Assembly: GCA_023430885.1 (NCBI GenBank)
Contig: JAEYYH010000015.1
Location: 3,743 to 67,742, forward strand
Direction of reading: 5' to 3'
Length of the DNA stretch: 64,000 nt
Origin: Bacillota bacterium
GTDB lineage: Bacteria > Bacillota_I > Bacilli_A > RF39 > UBA660
Below, one piece after another: positions 49,340 through 59,564 of this stretch (positions within the stretch are counted from its first letter, which is position 1; every line of letters begins with the position of its first letter). The notes under the pieces are model-generated. The model searched no databases. It worked only from the letters and a program-made list of their open reading frames with translations, and was not told where the DNA came from. The position numbers were made by a program, and so were the translations under genes.

Positions 49340-50434
49340 ATGTTTGGTTTAGAAATGGATCAATTAGCAAAAATAAAAGTTATTGGTGTTGGTGGCGGTG
49401 GTAATAATGCCGTTAACCGTATGATTGAATCTGGTGTACAAGGTGTCGAATTTATAGTAGTTAATACTGATTTACAAGTTCTAAATAATTCAAAAGCTGA
49501 GAATAAAATTCAAATAGGAATAAAACTTACAAATGGTTTAGGAGCTGGAGCTAATCCAGATATTGGTAGAGAAGCTGCCCTTGAATCAAAAGGTGAGATT
49601 GAAAAAGCCCTTGAAGGTGCTGACATGGTATTTGTTACATGTGGTATGGGTGGTGGAACTGGTACTGGAGCTGCTCCAGTAATAGCTGACATTGCACAAC
49701 AACTTGGAGCTCTTACTGTAGGTATTGTTACTAAGCCATTCTCTTTCGAAGGAAGAAAAAGAATGACACATGCTCAAGCTGGTTTAGATGAATTAAAGAA
49801 ACATGTAGATACATTAATTGTTATACCAAACGATAAATTAAGAGAAATAATCGATAAAACAACACCATTATTAGAATCATTTAAAGAAGTTGATAACGTT
49901 CTTCGCAGAGGCGTACAATCAATTTCTGATTTAATCGCAGTTGCTGGGTTAATCAACCTTGACTTTGCGGACGTTAAAACAGTTATGGAAAAAAGAGGTA
50001 ACGCTCTTATTGGTATAGGTATTGGAGTAGGAGAAGGAAGAGCTACTGAGGCTGCTAAACAAGCAGTATCTAGTCCACTTCTTGAAACTAGTATAAATGG
50101 TGCAACTGATGCTATTATTAACGTTACAGGTGGAGCTAATTTAACTTTATTTGAGGTTGAAGAAGCTGCTGAAGTTATAAGAACATCTAGTGGTACTGAT
50201 ATCAATACAATTTTTGGAGCTGTTATTAATGAAAATTTAAATGATGAAATAATTGTAACTGTAATTGCGACTGGTTTTGAAGATGCAGAAAAAAATGCTA
50301 AATTAGCAGCTGTAAATGCACAATCAGCAGCTAGCAGTCATGCTAAAATTGAGACATTAACTGAAGATGATGTAACAGGTGATGATGACGACGATGGTTA
50401 TATTTTTTCAAGCTTAAGAAAAAGAGGATTTTAA
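49340..50434 (+). CDS. ftsZ: Cell division protein FtsZ.
   Basis: [10 protein letters not shown] and [13 protein letters not shown] tubulin signature. Confidence 0.95.
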   Translation: MFGLEMDQLAKIKVIGVGGGGNNAVNRMIESGVQGVEFIVVNTDLQVLNNSKAENKIQIGIKLTNGLGAGANPDIGREAALESKGEIEKALEGADMVFVTCGMGGGTGTGAAPVIADIAQQLGALTVGIVTKPFSFEGRKRMTHAQAGLDELKKHVDTLIVIPNDKLREIIDKTTPLLESFKEVDNVLRRGVQSISDLIAVAGLINLDFADVKTVMEKRGNALIGIGIGVGEGRATEAAKQAVSSPLLETSINGATDAIINVTGGANLTLFEVEEAAEVIRTSSGTDINTIFGAVINENLNDEIIVTVIATGFEDAEKNAKLAAVNAQSAASSHAKIETLTEDDVTGDDDDDGYIFSSLRKRGF

Positions 50435-50440
50435 TACTTA

Positions 50441-50470
50441 AAACGACACTATATACGGTGTCGTTTTTTT
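50441..50470 (+). terminator. Terminator after ftsZ.
   Basis: acgacac tatatac ggtgtcgt followed by a T-run. Confidence 0.6.
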
Positions 50471-50489
50471 ATAATATAGATGGTGATAT

Positions 50490-51288
50490 TATGAAAGTAT
50501 ATATAGATTTAGTATTAATACTTAATTTTCTTATAGATTTGGTTGTTTTAATTACTACTTCGTATGTACTTAAACGAAATATTAAGAGTATTAGGCTTGT
50601 ATTAGGCGCTTTAGTAGGATCATTAACAACACTATTTCTTTTCATTAAACTTAGCTCAGTAACATTGTTTTTATTAAAAGTAGTAATAAGTATTTTAATG
50701 ACTATTACTACTTTTTCATATCGAAATATAAAATACACTTTAAAAAATATTAGTTATTTATATATAGTAAGTATTATTTTAGGAGGATTTATATATTTTT
50801 TAAATATTCAATTCTCTTATAAAAATATTGGTTTTGTTTTTAGGAGATATGGTCTTAGTATTAACTATATATTTATTCTTCTTTTTTCACCTATAATATT
50901 ATATTTATATTCTAAACAAGTAAAAGAATTAAAAAATAACTTTTCTAATTATTATAAAGTAGACATACATTTAAATAATTATATTATCAAGGTTAATGCT
51001 TTTTTAGATACAGGTAATAAACTTGTTGATCCTTATTTAAAAAGACCAGTTATTATTTTAAATAGAAAAAAGATAATATATGATATTAATGAATTTCAAA
51101 TGGTTTTGGTGCCTTATAAGACTATAACTGAGTCTAAGGTATTAGATTGTATTATTGCCTCTAAAGTTGTTATAAAGGGCATTGGAAGTAAAAATAATGT
51201 ACTTGTAGGGCTTATGGACGATAACTTGAAAATAAATGGTGTAGATTTAATATTAAATACAAAATTACTGGAGGAAATAAATGTTTAA
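50490..51288 (+). CDS. spoIIGA: Sigma-E processing peptidase SpoIIGA.
   Basis: MKVYIDLVLILNFLIDLVVL, a typical SpoIIGA N-terminus. Membrane domain plus C-terminal aspartic protease region (FLDTGN). Immediately upstream of sigE. Confidence 0.8.
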
Positions 51289-51973
51289 AAAATTAATAGA
51301 TTTTATAGTAAGTATTTTTAATGATGAAGTAAATATATTCTTTATAGGTTCAGCTGATAAATTACCTGAACCACTAACTAAAGAAGATGAAGTAAAGTAT
51401 GTAGAATTATCTATGCTAGGAGATGAATCAGCAAGGAAAAAACTTATTGAACATAACTTAAGACTAGTTGTATTCTTATCAAAAAAATATGAAAATACTG
51501 GTGTTGATTTAGAAGATTTAGTAAGTATAGGAACAATAGGATTAATAAAAGGTGTCAATACTTATAAACTTGATAAAAATATTAAACTTGCTACTTATGC
51601 ATCAAGATGTATTGATAATGAAATACTAATGTTTTTAAGAAAAAATAAAAAAAGAAAAACAGAGATAAGTTTTGAAGATAGTTTAAGTTATGATAGTGAA
51701 GGTAATGAACTACATTTAGAAGATATACTTGGTACTGAAGATGATGTAGTTACTAAATGTATTGAGGATTCAGATGATAAAAAACTTTTGTATAAAGTTA
51801 TAACTAACTTAAATGATCGTGATAGACAAATAATGATTTTAAGATATGGACTATATAATAAAGAAGAAATGACTCAAAAGGATGTCGCAAGTTTACTTGG
51901 TATTAGTCAATCTTATATATCAAGAATAGAAAAGAAGGTAATTAAGAAACTTAAAATATTATCTAAAATTTAA
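51281..51973 (+). CDS. sigE: RNA polymerase sporulation sigma factor E (pro-sigma-E).
   Basis: N-terminal pro-sequence, region 2 (LRLVVFLSKKY...DLVSIGTIGLIKGVNTY), region 4 (QKDVASLLGISQSYISRIE). Confidence 0.9.
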   Translation: MFKKLIDFIVSIFNDEVNIFFIGSADKLPEPLTKEDEVKYVELSMLGDESARKKLIEHNLRLVVFLSKKYENTGVDLEDLVSIGTIGLIKGVNTYKLDKNIKLATYASRCIDNEILMFLRKNKKRKTEISFEDSLSYDSEGNELHLEDILGTEDDVVTKCIEDSDDKKLLYKVITNLNDRDRQIMILRYGLYNKEEMTQKDVASLLGISQSYISRIEKKVIKKLKILSKI

Positions 51974-52023
51974 TTTTTTTCCTTATTGTGTTATAATTGT
52001 TATAGATCATAAGGAGGTACATT

Positions 52024-52944
52024 ATGAAAGAAAACAGTAGTAAAAATATTAAGATTGCCTTTTTCTTAAACCTATGTTTTTCTATCTTTGAATTAATTGG
52101 AGGAATATTTACTAATAGTATTTCGATTATTTCTGATTCAGTTCATGATTTTGGAGATTGTATATCGATTGGTATATCATATTTTTTTGAAAAAAAATCT
52201 AAAAGAAAACCCGATAACAAATATACTTATGGGTATTTAAGATATTCATTAATGGGAGCTTTAATTACTTCTTTTGTATTATTACTAGGGTCTACATTAG
52301 TCTTATATAATGCTATTCCTAGGCTATTTAATCCTGAAGATGTAAATTATAACGGCATGCTTATATTTGCGTTATTTGGGGTTGCTATTAATGGATATGC
52401 AGCATATAAAACATCAAAGGGCCATGGAAAAAATGAAAGAGCAGTTAGTTTACATATGCTTGAAGATGTTTTAGGATGGATAGCCGTATTAATAGGTAGT
52501 TTAATTATGAAAATATTTGATATTTCCATAATTGACCCCCTTTTATCAATAGGCATAAGCATTTATATACTATATAATGTTTACCAAAATATCAGAAGTA
52601 TTGTAGTTGTATTAATGGAGAAAATTCCAGATGATATTGATGTTAGAGAACTTAAAAAACATTTAAAAAGTGAGTACACAAAAATAATAGATATTCATCA
52701 TATTCACATATGGACTATAGATGGCATTAATAACTATATAACGATGCATTTAGTAATTGATGGTAATACAGAAGTTCAAGACATAATTGATTTAAAGTGT
52801 TCAATAAAAAATGAACTTAGTCATGAAAATATTAAACACGTTACTATTGAAATTGAATATGCTAATGAAAAATGTACTGATAAGTCATGTAATGTTGAAA
52901 GCACTGAACCTCATGCACACGACCACCACCATCATCATTTATAA
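52024..52944 (+). CDS. czcD: Cation diffusion facilitator family transporter (CzcD-like Zn/Co/Cd efflux) with a His-rich C-terminal tail.
   Basis: Six TM helices with HD motifs (SVHDFGD, HMLEDVLGW), C-terminal HAHDHHHHHL. Confidence 0.8.
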   Translation: MKENSSKNIKIAFFLNLCFSIFELIGGIFTNSISIISDSVHDFGDCISIGISYFFEKKSKRKPDNKYTYGYLRYSLMGALITSFVLLLGSTLVLYNAIPRLFNPEDVNYNGMLIFALFGVAINGYAAYKTSKGHGKNERAVSLHMLEDVLGWIAVLIGSLIMKIFDISIIDPLLSIGISIYILYNVYQNIRSIVVVLMEKIPDDIDVRELKKHLKSEYTKIIDIHHIHIWTIDGINNYITMHLVIDGNTEVQDIIDLKCSIKNELSHENIKHVTIEIEYANEKCTDKSCNVESTEPHAHDHHHHHL

Positions 52945-53015
52945 TTAGTTATTTCTTAAAAGAGTTATAAACTCTTTTTTTATGCTATAATATTTTTGTA
53001 GGGTAGGGAATTTTT

Positions 53016-55517
53016 ATGAAAATAATAAATGATTTAGTAGTAAAATCTTTAAAAGAAAACAAAACAAGAACAATAACAACAATAATTGGAACAACATTAG
53101 CCTTTACTTTAATGTTTTTGATAGCTTTTGGAATAAGCAGTTTAAGAAAAAGTTTTTTAAATCAAATTATTGCAAGCGCAGGGTCATATCACTACGAAAT
53201 ATCAGATGTAAAAGATACACAAAGCAAACTGATTACAGAAAACAATGATATAAAAAGTTATATTGCTTTTAATAGAGAAACCATAAAAGATGATCTCTCA
53301 AATAAATACTATTTTCTGGCAAGTTATAAAGCTGATTATGAAGATAATATAACTCTATATAAAGGTAGTTATCCTAAAGACGAGGAAGTTATAATATCTA
53401 GATTCATATATGATTCATGGAGTATTAATATTGGTGATTACATTAATTCTTATAAAGTAGTTGGAATATATAATGACTGCAAACTAATTAACTTTAGAAC
53501 TGAAAAAAATTACTATTATGGTGCGAAATTAAACTATATAATTACTAATTATACTGAATCAGAGTATAGTTCTTATTCTATAACTTATAAAAATGTAGTT
53601 GGTTCTCATAGAAAAGTGAATACATTAGCAAGACAACTAGGATTTAATAGATTACTAGGTAGTGGTGGTGTAGTTACATATGAAAATATAAAATATAACG
53701 ATCAATTATTAGAATTATATGGTGAGTATGCCGAAAGTGGCGCTGGAGCAATGTTTAAATTAATTTTAATTATTACACTTTCTGTAATTTCACTAGTAAC
53801 ATTTTTTATTCTAACTAATTCGTTTAGTATATCTGTTAAAGAAAGAATAAAGCAATTTGGTATATTATCTAGTATTGGTACAACAAGAAAACAAATAGTA
53901 ATTATGGTGTTATTAGAAGGATTATATATAGGCATTATTTCTATAATCATTGCTTTAGTATTAAGTATTTTACTTTTAATGCAAGTACTTGGTATAACTA
54001 ATTATTTACTTCAGCATATAATTTCAAGCAAATATTTAATAAGTATATATTTGCCTTATCTATTTATTGCACTTGGTTATGGGATGTTAACTCTCTTTCT
54101 AGCTGTACTTTCACCAGCTAGAAAAATAAGTAGAGTTTCTCCTATAGAATCTATTCAGGGAAATACTACTTTTAATTCTAGAAAAAGAAGATTCAAAAGC
54201 AATAGTAAGATAGCAAAAATATTTAAAATAGAAGGAATACTTGCCTCTAAAAATACTAAAAGGAATGCTTCAAAATATAAAGTAATAATAATTACAATAA
54301 GTATTAGTATATTACTATATCTATTCTTTACGGCTATAATTAATTTAAATAAAGAAAATATAGAATCTACATTTGAACAAGAAAAATATGACTTTTCTAT
54401 TTCAGGGGTAAATGAAAATGATATTTCTTTATTTAGAAGTGTTAAAGGGATTGGCGATATTGATATAGTTAAAAACATTTTTGTATCATATAAAAAACCA
54501 GACGATAATAAATACTATTCATTAGAGAATAATACATCGTTCGATACAGCATATACTGATAAAATAGAAAACACAGTTATATATCAAGTAACAGAAGATG
54601 AATTTAATTCTTATATAAAAGAGTACAACTTAAATAAAAATTATCCAATTATAATTAACAATAAAAGTTTATATGATGATGATTTTAAAGTTATAGGAGC
54701 TGAACCAATTTATAAAAATGAGGGCAAGTTTAATATTAATTTTTGTAACTATGAATATATTTTAGATAGTGATACCAAAGTTTCTTCAAGTAAAATAACT
54801 AATTGTTATTTAGAGTATGAAGATGTTAATTTAATTAATGATGGTTGGAAACAAATAGGCGAGTCAAGTAATAATGGTGCCATAATTGTAACAAAAGAAA
54901 TGTTTGATAAAATACTAGATGGTTGTACGAATGAAATATGTCTTAATTATAAGAAAAATCCTACTGTTTCAATATATATAAACGCTGATGACGATATTTA
55001 TGACATTGATGAGCGTTTACAAACTATTGTTGATAATATGAATGGTAGTGATGTTAACTATAATAGTCCTGCTGTTTATTATCTTAATGCTAAAATGATG
55101 ATTATAGCATTAAAATTCATAATTTATGTTATTCTTACTTTAATAATTTTGATATGTATAACATTTATGATTAATACTATAGCTAGTAGTTTAATGCTTA
55201 GAAAGAATGAATTTGCCGTTTTAAAATCAATTGGTATGACAAATAAATCAGTTAAAAAAATGGTTTTTTTAGAAAGTATTGGCGTTGGTTTTAAAGCACT
55301 GATTTTAGGAATTATATTATCTTATGCCAGTATATATTTATTCTTTGCGGCCATAAACTCCAACACAAATGATCCAATAAAATATGATTATCCTATTAAG
55401 GAAACGTTTTATATGGCTATCGTTATTGTTATATTTAATGTTATAATATATATGTATATGATGAATAGAATTAATAAAGATAATATTATTGATGATATAA
55501 GAAATACAAACATATAG
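53016..55517 (+). CDS. FtsX-like ABC permease of BceB type, orphan (no adjacent ATPase).
   Basis: 833 aa with the same architecture as 41604..44198. The upstream gene is czcD and the downstream gene is unrelated. Confidence 0.7.
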   Translation: MKIINDLVVKSLKENKTRTITTIIGTTLAFTLMFLIAFGISSLRKSFLNQIIASAGSYHYEISDVKDTQSKLITENNDIKSYIAFNRETIKDDLSNKYYFLASYKADYEDNITLYKGSYPKDEEVIISRFIYDSWSINIGDYINSYKVVGIYNDCKLINFRTEKNYYYGAKLNYIITNYTESEYSSYSITYKNVVGSHRKVNTLARQLGFNRLLGSGGVVTYENIKYNDQLLELYGEYAESGAGAMFKLILIITLSVISLVTFFILTNSFSISVKERIKQFGILSSIGTTRKQIVIMVLLEGLYIGIISIIIALVLSILLLMQVLGITNYLLQHIISSKYLISIYLPYLFIALGYGMLTLFLAVLSPARKISRVSPIESIQGNTTFNSRKRRFKSNSKIAKIFKIEGILASKNTKRNASKYKVIIITISISILLYLFFTAIINLNKENIESTFEQEKYDFSISGVNENDISLFRSVKGIGDIDIVKNIFVSYKKPDDNKYYSLENNTSFDTAYTDKIENTVIYQVTEDEFNSYIKEYNLNKNYPIIINNKSLYDDDFKVIGAEPIYKNEGKFNINFCNYEYILDSDTKVSSSKITNCYLEYEDVNLINDGWKQIGESSNNGAIIVTKEMFDKILDGCTNEICLNYKKNPTVSIYINADDDIYDIDERLQTIVDNMNGSDVNYNSPAVYYLNAKMMIIALKFIIYVILTLIILICITFMINTIASSLMLRKNEFAVLKSIGMTNKSVKKMVFLESIGVGFKALILGIILSYASIYLFFAAINSNTNDPIKYDYPIKETFYMAIVIVIFNVIIYMYMMNRINKDNIIDDIRNTNI

Positions 55518-55530
55518 AAGTGAGGTTTTT

Positions 55531-56328
55531 ATGAAAATATGTTCTAAATGTAATAAAGAAGTAACACCAGGGCAGTTATATTGTCCTAGATGTGGATTTT
55601 CTTTAATCAAAAACAAATATGGGGAAAGAGTAGGGATAGGTGGTACTGCTTCTAAAATAGTTACTCCAGAAACAACTCAAAAAATTAACGAAGCTAATAT
55701 GGAACATGGTAATAACGGAATTCAACCAAGAATAAATTTATGGGGAAATAATACTAATAATAAAAACACTTCCTCAGCAGCTATTATTGTAATTATATTT
55801 ATTATTTCTACATGCATACCTTTACTATTAACAGTTTTCTCGAGTGTGAAAACAACTAGTAATTCAATTGATATCACTTCAAAATATAATTTAGATAGTA
55901 CTGTAAATCAAGTAACTGGATTAGCAGATGATAATTTAAATGTTCGTAAGTACTACGCTGAAAACGGCACTATAACTTTAGATGTTATTGCAGATGTTAC
56001 TGGTTTAGAAAAAGAAGATTTAACTAATGCTTGGTGTAGCTGGATAGCAAGTTACAATACTGAAGCTAATGCTGTACTATGCACTATTACTGCACATAGT
56101 GATTTAGGCAACTCTGTTGATGCTATAAACTCTTTAGAAGATTTATCTAACAGTATTGATGAAGCTTATTATGACAATGTTAATTATGATACTTTAACTA
56201 GTATTTATGATACTTTAAATAACTTATATTATTTAAGTCGTAATTCTTATGATACTTATAGTGATTATGAAGAGAAGTATAATACTTTAAATAATAATTT
56301 AAATACTTATATTAATAATTTAGAATAA
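55531..56328 (+). CDS. Zinc-ribbon membrane protein, hypothetical.
   Basis: N-terminal CSKC...CPRCG zinc ribbon, one TM helix (AAIIVIIFIISTCIPLLLTVF), Asn/Tyr-rich extracytoplasmic domain. Confidence 0.5.
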   Translation: MKICSKCNKEVTPGQLYCPRCGFSLIKNKYGERVGIGGTASKIVTPETTQKINEANMEHGNNGIQPRINLWGNNTNNKNTSSAAIIVIIFIISTCIPLLLTVFSSVKTTSNSIDITSKYNLDSTVNQVTGLADDNLNVRKYYAENGTITLDVIADVTGLEKEDLTNAWCSWIASYNTEANAVLCTITAHSDLGNSVDAINSLEDLSNSIDEAYYDNVNYDTLTSIYDTLNNLYYLSRNSYDTYSDYEEKYNTLNNNLNTYINNLE

Positions 56329-56430
56329 ACCTTTATAAGGTTTTTTTCTTGCTTAAATATTAATAAATGTTATAATATAATTTAATAGCAAGAATTTGCG
56401 AAATATAGCATAAGAAGCAAGGTGAGAAAT

Positions 56431-57264
56431 ATGCAAGATATAGGTAGACTCCTTAAAAAAGAAATCGAAGCAAATAGGCTTGTTGAATTTGATTTTATAA
56501 GAAGTTATGTAGAAAATTACATTAAAATTAATAAACTAAAACGTTATTATAAAGATTTAATTCCTAGCGTACCACCAGAATTATTAAAAGCTAATTTAAT
56601 AAGTGCTTATAATGCTAAAACAAAAAATCTTCATATAGATGATGATAGACTAACTGATTCAATTATTAAAACAACTTATTTAAAAGATAAGAATGCATAT
56701 TGTACTAGTGATCTGATTTTTATATATTCTATTTATTTAAGCTATATAACTCATGAACTTGCTCATATAAAACAAAATAAATTAGTTCATTCTTTTAGCT
56801 ATTCTCCGCAAGTACAACTATTAAAAGATGCTTTCACTGTTCATGACAAATACTATGAATTTTATTTAAGCAATCACAATGATTTTATAAGTGAACATAA
56901 TGCCAATATGGAAGCAATATTTGAAGTACTTGATTTATTAAATTATACTAATATGTTAGAAGATAAAGATTTACTTAATCAGTATAATAGTTTTATGTGT
57001 AATTTAATAACAAAACCTTATCAAGCTGTAGAAAATTTTATGATATGTCCTGCAAGCACATTTTATAGTAATTTTAAAGAAAAAGATCGTTTTTATACTT
57101 TGGATAAAGAAATGAGTAAAAATAATTTTACAAGAATACTTTATGGAATGCCTTTTGATAGAAAACTATTTAGTAAATTAGTCCAAGTACGTGATAAAGA
57201 AATAGAAGTGCCTAATGTAAAAAAACTGATTTTAAGAAGTGGTGAATATGGGAAAACTATCTAA
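56431..57264 (+). CDS. HExxH-motif protein, putative metallopeptidase-like (ImmA/IrrE-like?).
   Basis: ITHELAHIKQN. The start at 56431 has the SD aaggtga. Overlaps the next gene. Confidence 0.35.
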   Translation: MQDIGRLLKKEIEANRLVEFDFIRSYVENYIKINKLKRYYKDLIPSVPPELLKANLISAYNAKTKNLHIDDDRLTDSIIKTTYLKDKNAYCTSDLIFIYSIYLSYITHELAHIKQNKLVHSFSYSPQVQLLKDAFTVHDKYYEFYLSNHNDFISEHNANMEAIFEVLDLLNYTNMLEDKDLLNQYNSFMCNLITKPYQAVENFMICPASTFYSNFKEKDRFYTLDKEMSKNNFTRILYGMPFDRKLFSKLVQVRDKEIEVPNVKKLILRSGEYGKTI

Positions 57265-57847
57265 TACTATTACAATGCTCCAGTTATTAAATACTGGTAA
57301 AAAATATACAGTAGACGAATTATCTAAAATATTAGAAGTAACACCACGTATGATTAGAAGTTATAAAGAAGAATTAGATAAAGCTGGCATATATATTGAT
57401 ACTATAATGGGGCCATATGGTGGCTATGTACTTAATCAAAGTATCAGAATGCCAGTTAGAAAATTTCGAAAGAAAGACGTTGATTTATTAAATAGAGTTA
57501 GTTCCAAACTAAATGATGAACAGTTAAAAAATGACTTATATATTCTTACTGATAAAGTAAGAGGAGTATTTAAAGGCTCTAAAGAAGAAGCTAAAGAATT
57601 AGATATTCATGAAGTAAGTGATAAGTATAATGCTTTAACTAGAGCTATAAAAGAAAAAAGAAAAGTTAAGATAACATATTATTCTTATAATAAAGGTGAA
57701 AATGTTAGAATAATTGATCCTATAGAGTTATTTTTATTTAGTGATGGATGGTATGTTGCAGCATACTGTGAACTTAGACAAGATATACGTCATTTTGAAC
57801 TTAAAAGAATTAGAGAGTTTGAACTTTTAAAAGAAAATTATGAGTAG
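57248..57847 (+). CDS. HTH plus WYL-domain transcriptional regulator.
   Basis: N-terminal wHTH (TVDELSKILEVTPRMIRSYKEEL), C-terminal WYL-like motif SDGWYVAAYCELRQDIRHFELKRI. Confidence 0.65.
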   Translation: MGKLSNTITMLQLLNTGKKYTVDELSKILEVTPRMIRSYKEELDKAGIYIDTIMGPYGGYVLNQSIRMPVRKFRKKDVDLLNRVSSKLNDEQLKNDLYILTDKVRGVFKGSKEEAKELDIHEVSDKYNALTRAIKEKRKVKITYYSYNKGENVRIIDPIELFLFSDGWYVAAYCELRQDIRHFELKRIREFELLKENYE

Positions 57848-57899
57848 ACCATATAATTCCTACTTAAGTAGTATTATTTACTTTAGGAGGAATTTTTAT

Positions 57900-58841
57900 A
57901 TGGAAAAGATAATGCAAGAAAATTTTGATTTATTAAAGAAAAGAATAATAGATACTCATGAAGTTAGTGATTTAAAAGGAATTAAAGATAAAATTAAAAG
58001 TATTAAAGGTAATACTATTTGTGTTGGTGCAGGAGGATCTAATGTTGTTGCAAATTATGCATCTAAAGTTATTTCTAAATTAAATGGTAATTTAGTTTTG
58101 TGTATGATGCCAAGAGATTTAGAGCACATTAATTTAGCTAACTTTGATAATGTTTTAATAGCAAGTTATAGTGGTAAAGGTAAAGCAGTTGATTTAGCCT
58201 TAAATAATAAATTAAACAAATATTTATTATCCAATAATGATATTAAATACGACGGAGTAACTAATATTACTTATAATAACACTATAGAAAAAGAGAATAG
58301 TTTTATTTCTCTAGCGGCTACTTTGATGCCTATGTCAATTCTTTTAAAAACATATATGGGTTTAAGAGACCCACATTATATAAGTATAATAGAGGAAATG
58401 TTTGATAAAGTTAAAGTTAATATTAAGTGGAACGACATATATGAAATAATAGGTGGTATAGAAAATAGTACCGTTATTAAGTACTTAGAAAGCACTATGG
58501 TAGAATCAGGTATTGCAGTACCAGTAGTTCATGATAAATATGATTTTTGTCATGGAAGAAGTACACTTTCATACAAAAATAATAATGGGTTAATATATTT
58601 AGATAATCGTAATAAAGAAATTGATAAATTAATACTTAGTGAGGCTAAAAAATATTATACTGAGGTAATAGCTTTAAATGGTTATTATCCTAGTCCAGAT
58701 GAGTTAACTGATGAATTTTATATGACTTTACAAGCTATGTATTTAACTAAAAAAATGGCCGAAAACAAGGGCGAAGACCTAACTGGTGTAGATCATAGTC
58801 CACTTGTTTATAAATTATATAATTTTAAGGGAACAATGTGA
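57900..58841 (+). CDS. SIS-domain-like protein (phosphosugar-binding fold), hypothetical.
   Basis: TICVGAGGSNVVANYA and LIASYSGKGKAVDLAL resemble the SIS GxGxS...SxSGxT motifs. SD aggagg is 9 nt before the ATG at 57900. Confidence 0.4.
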   Translation: MEKIMQENFDLLKKRIIDTHEVSDLKGIKDKIKSIKGNTICVGAGGSNVVANYASKVISKLNGNLVLCMMPRDLEHINLANFDNVLIASYSGKGKAVDLALNNKLNKYLLSNNDIKYDGVTNITYNNTIEKENSFISLAATLMPMSILLKTYMGLRDPHYISIIEEMFDKVKVNIKWNDIYEIIGGIENSTVIKYLESTMVESGIAVPVVHDKYDFCHGRSTLSYKNNNGLIYLDNRNKEIDKLILSEAKKYYTEVIALNGYYPSPDELTDEFYMTLQAMYLTKKMAENKGEDLTGVDHSPLVYKLYNFKGTM

Positions 58842-58848
58842 GGTAATT

Positions 58849-59424
58849 ATGAAAGAAATAGTATTTGTAACCGGCAATACTGGTAAAAGAAAATCCGCTG
58901 AAAAACATCTTAAAAATACTGTAGTAACTTGTCTTGATTTTAATTTTATTGAACCTGATATAAATGATATTGAATATATTGCTAAAGAAAAAGTGCTAGA
59001 TGCTTATAAAAACGTTAATAAGCCCTGTATAGCGTTAGATGCAGGCTTTTACATACCAAATTACCCTAATAATCCAAACTTCCCAGGAGCATTCCCTAAA
59101 AGAGAAATATTAGATACTATTGGAGTTGTAGGATTACTAGAAAATATGAAAGATGTTACTGATAGGAATTGTTATTTTAAAGAATGCCTAGCATATTATG
59201 ATGGAGAAAATATAAAATACTTTTATGGTATAAGTAAAGGAAGATTAAGTACGGAAATAAAAGGAAATGACAGTGCCAAAAAATGGTCAGAATTATGGTA
59301 TGTATTCATTCCTGATAACAATAATAAAACTCTAGCTGAAATGACTGATGAAGAAAGACAAAATAGAAATGATTTAAGTACATCGGCTATTGAAGAGTTT
59401 GGCAAATGGTATAATGAAATATAG
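58849..59424 (+). CDS. Ham1/ITPase-family non-canonical NTP pyrophosphatase-like protein.
   Basis: IVFVTGNTGK (cf. ITPA IVFVTGNAKK), FPGAFPK, C-terminal FIPD...TLAEMTDEERQNRN (cf. TYAEM..EKNAVSHR). Confidence 0.65.
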   Translation: MKEIVFVTGNTGKRKSAEKHLKNTVVTCLDFNFIEPDINDIEYIAKEKVLDAYKNVNKPCIALDAGFYIPNYPNNPNFPGAFPKREILDTIGVVGLLENMKDVTDRNCYFKECLAYYDGENIKYFYGISKGRLSTEIKGNDSAKKWSELWYVFIPDNNNKTLAEMTDEERQNRNDLSTSAIEEFGKWYNEI

Positions 59425-59469
59425 GTTTTAAAGAAAGATAAAATTAATAACTAAAAAAGGATTTTAAGA

Positions 59470-59502
59470 TAATTACAAGTTGTTTATATAACAACTTTTT
59501 TT
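59470..59502 (+). terminator. Terminator after the Ham1-like gene.
   Basis: aagttgtt tatat aacaactt followed by tttttt. Confidence 0.6.
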
Positions 59503-59503
59503 C

Positions 59504-59531
59504 TTGAAAAAATATTTATATATGGTATAAT
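59504..59531 (+). promoter_or_regulatory. Sigma-A promoter for the CYTH-rSAM-lysR operon.
   Basis: TTGAAA (59504-59509), 16-nt spacer, TGgTATAAT (59523-59531). Confidence 0.55.
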
Positions 59532-59564
59532 AACACGCATAGGCGCATAAAGGGGGAATAATGT

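Noticed and set aside
49510-50205. Three minus-strand ORFs inside ftsZ.
   Set aside because: They are antisense to the highly conserved ftsZ. The Ala/Pro/Ser-rich composition is an artefact of the Gly-rich ftsZ codons.
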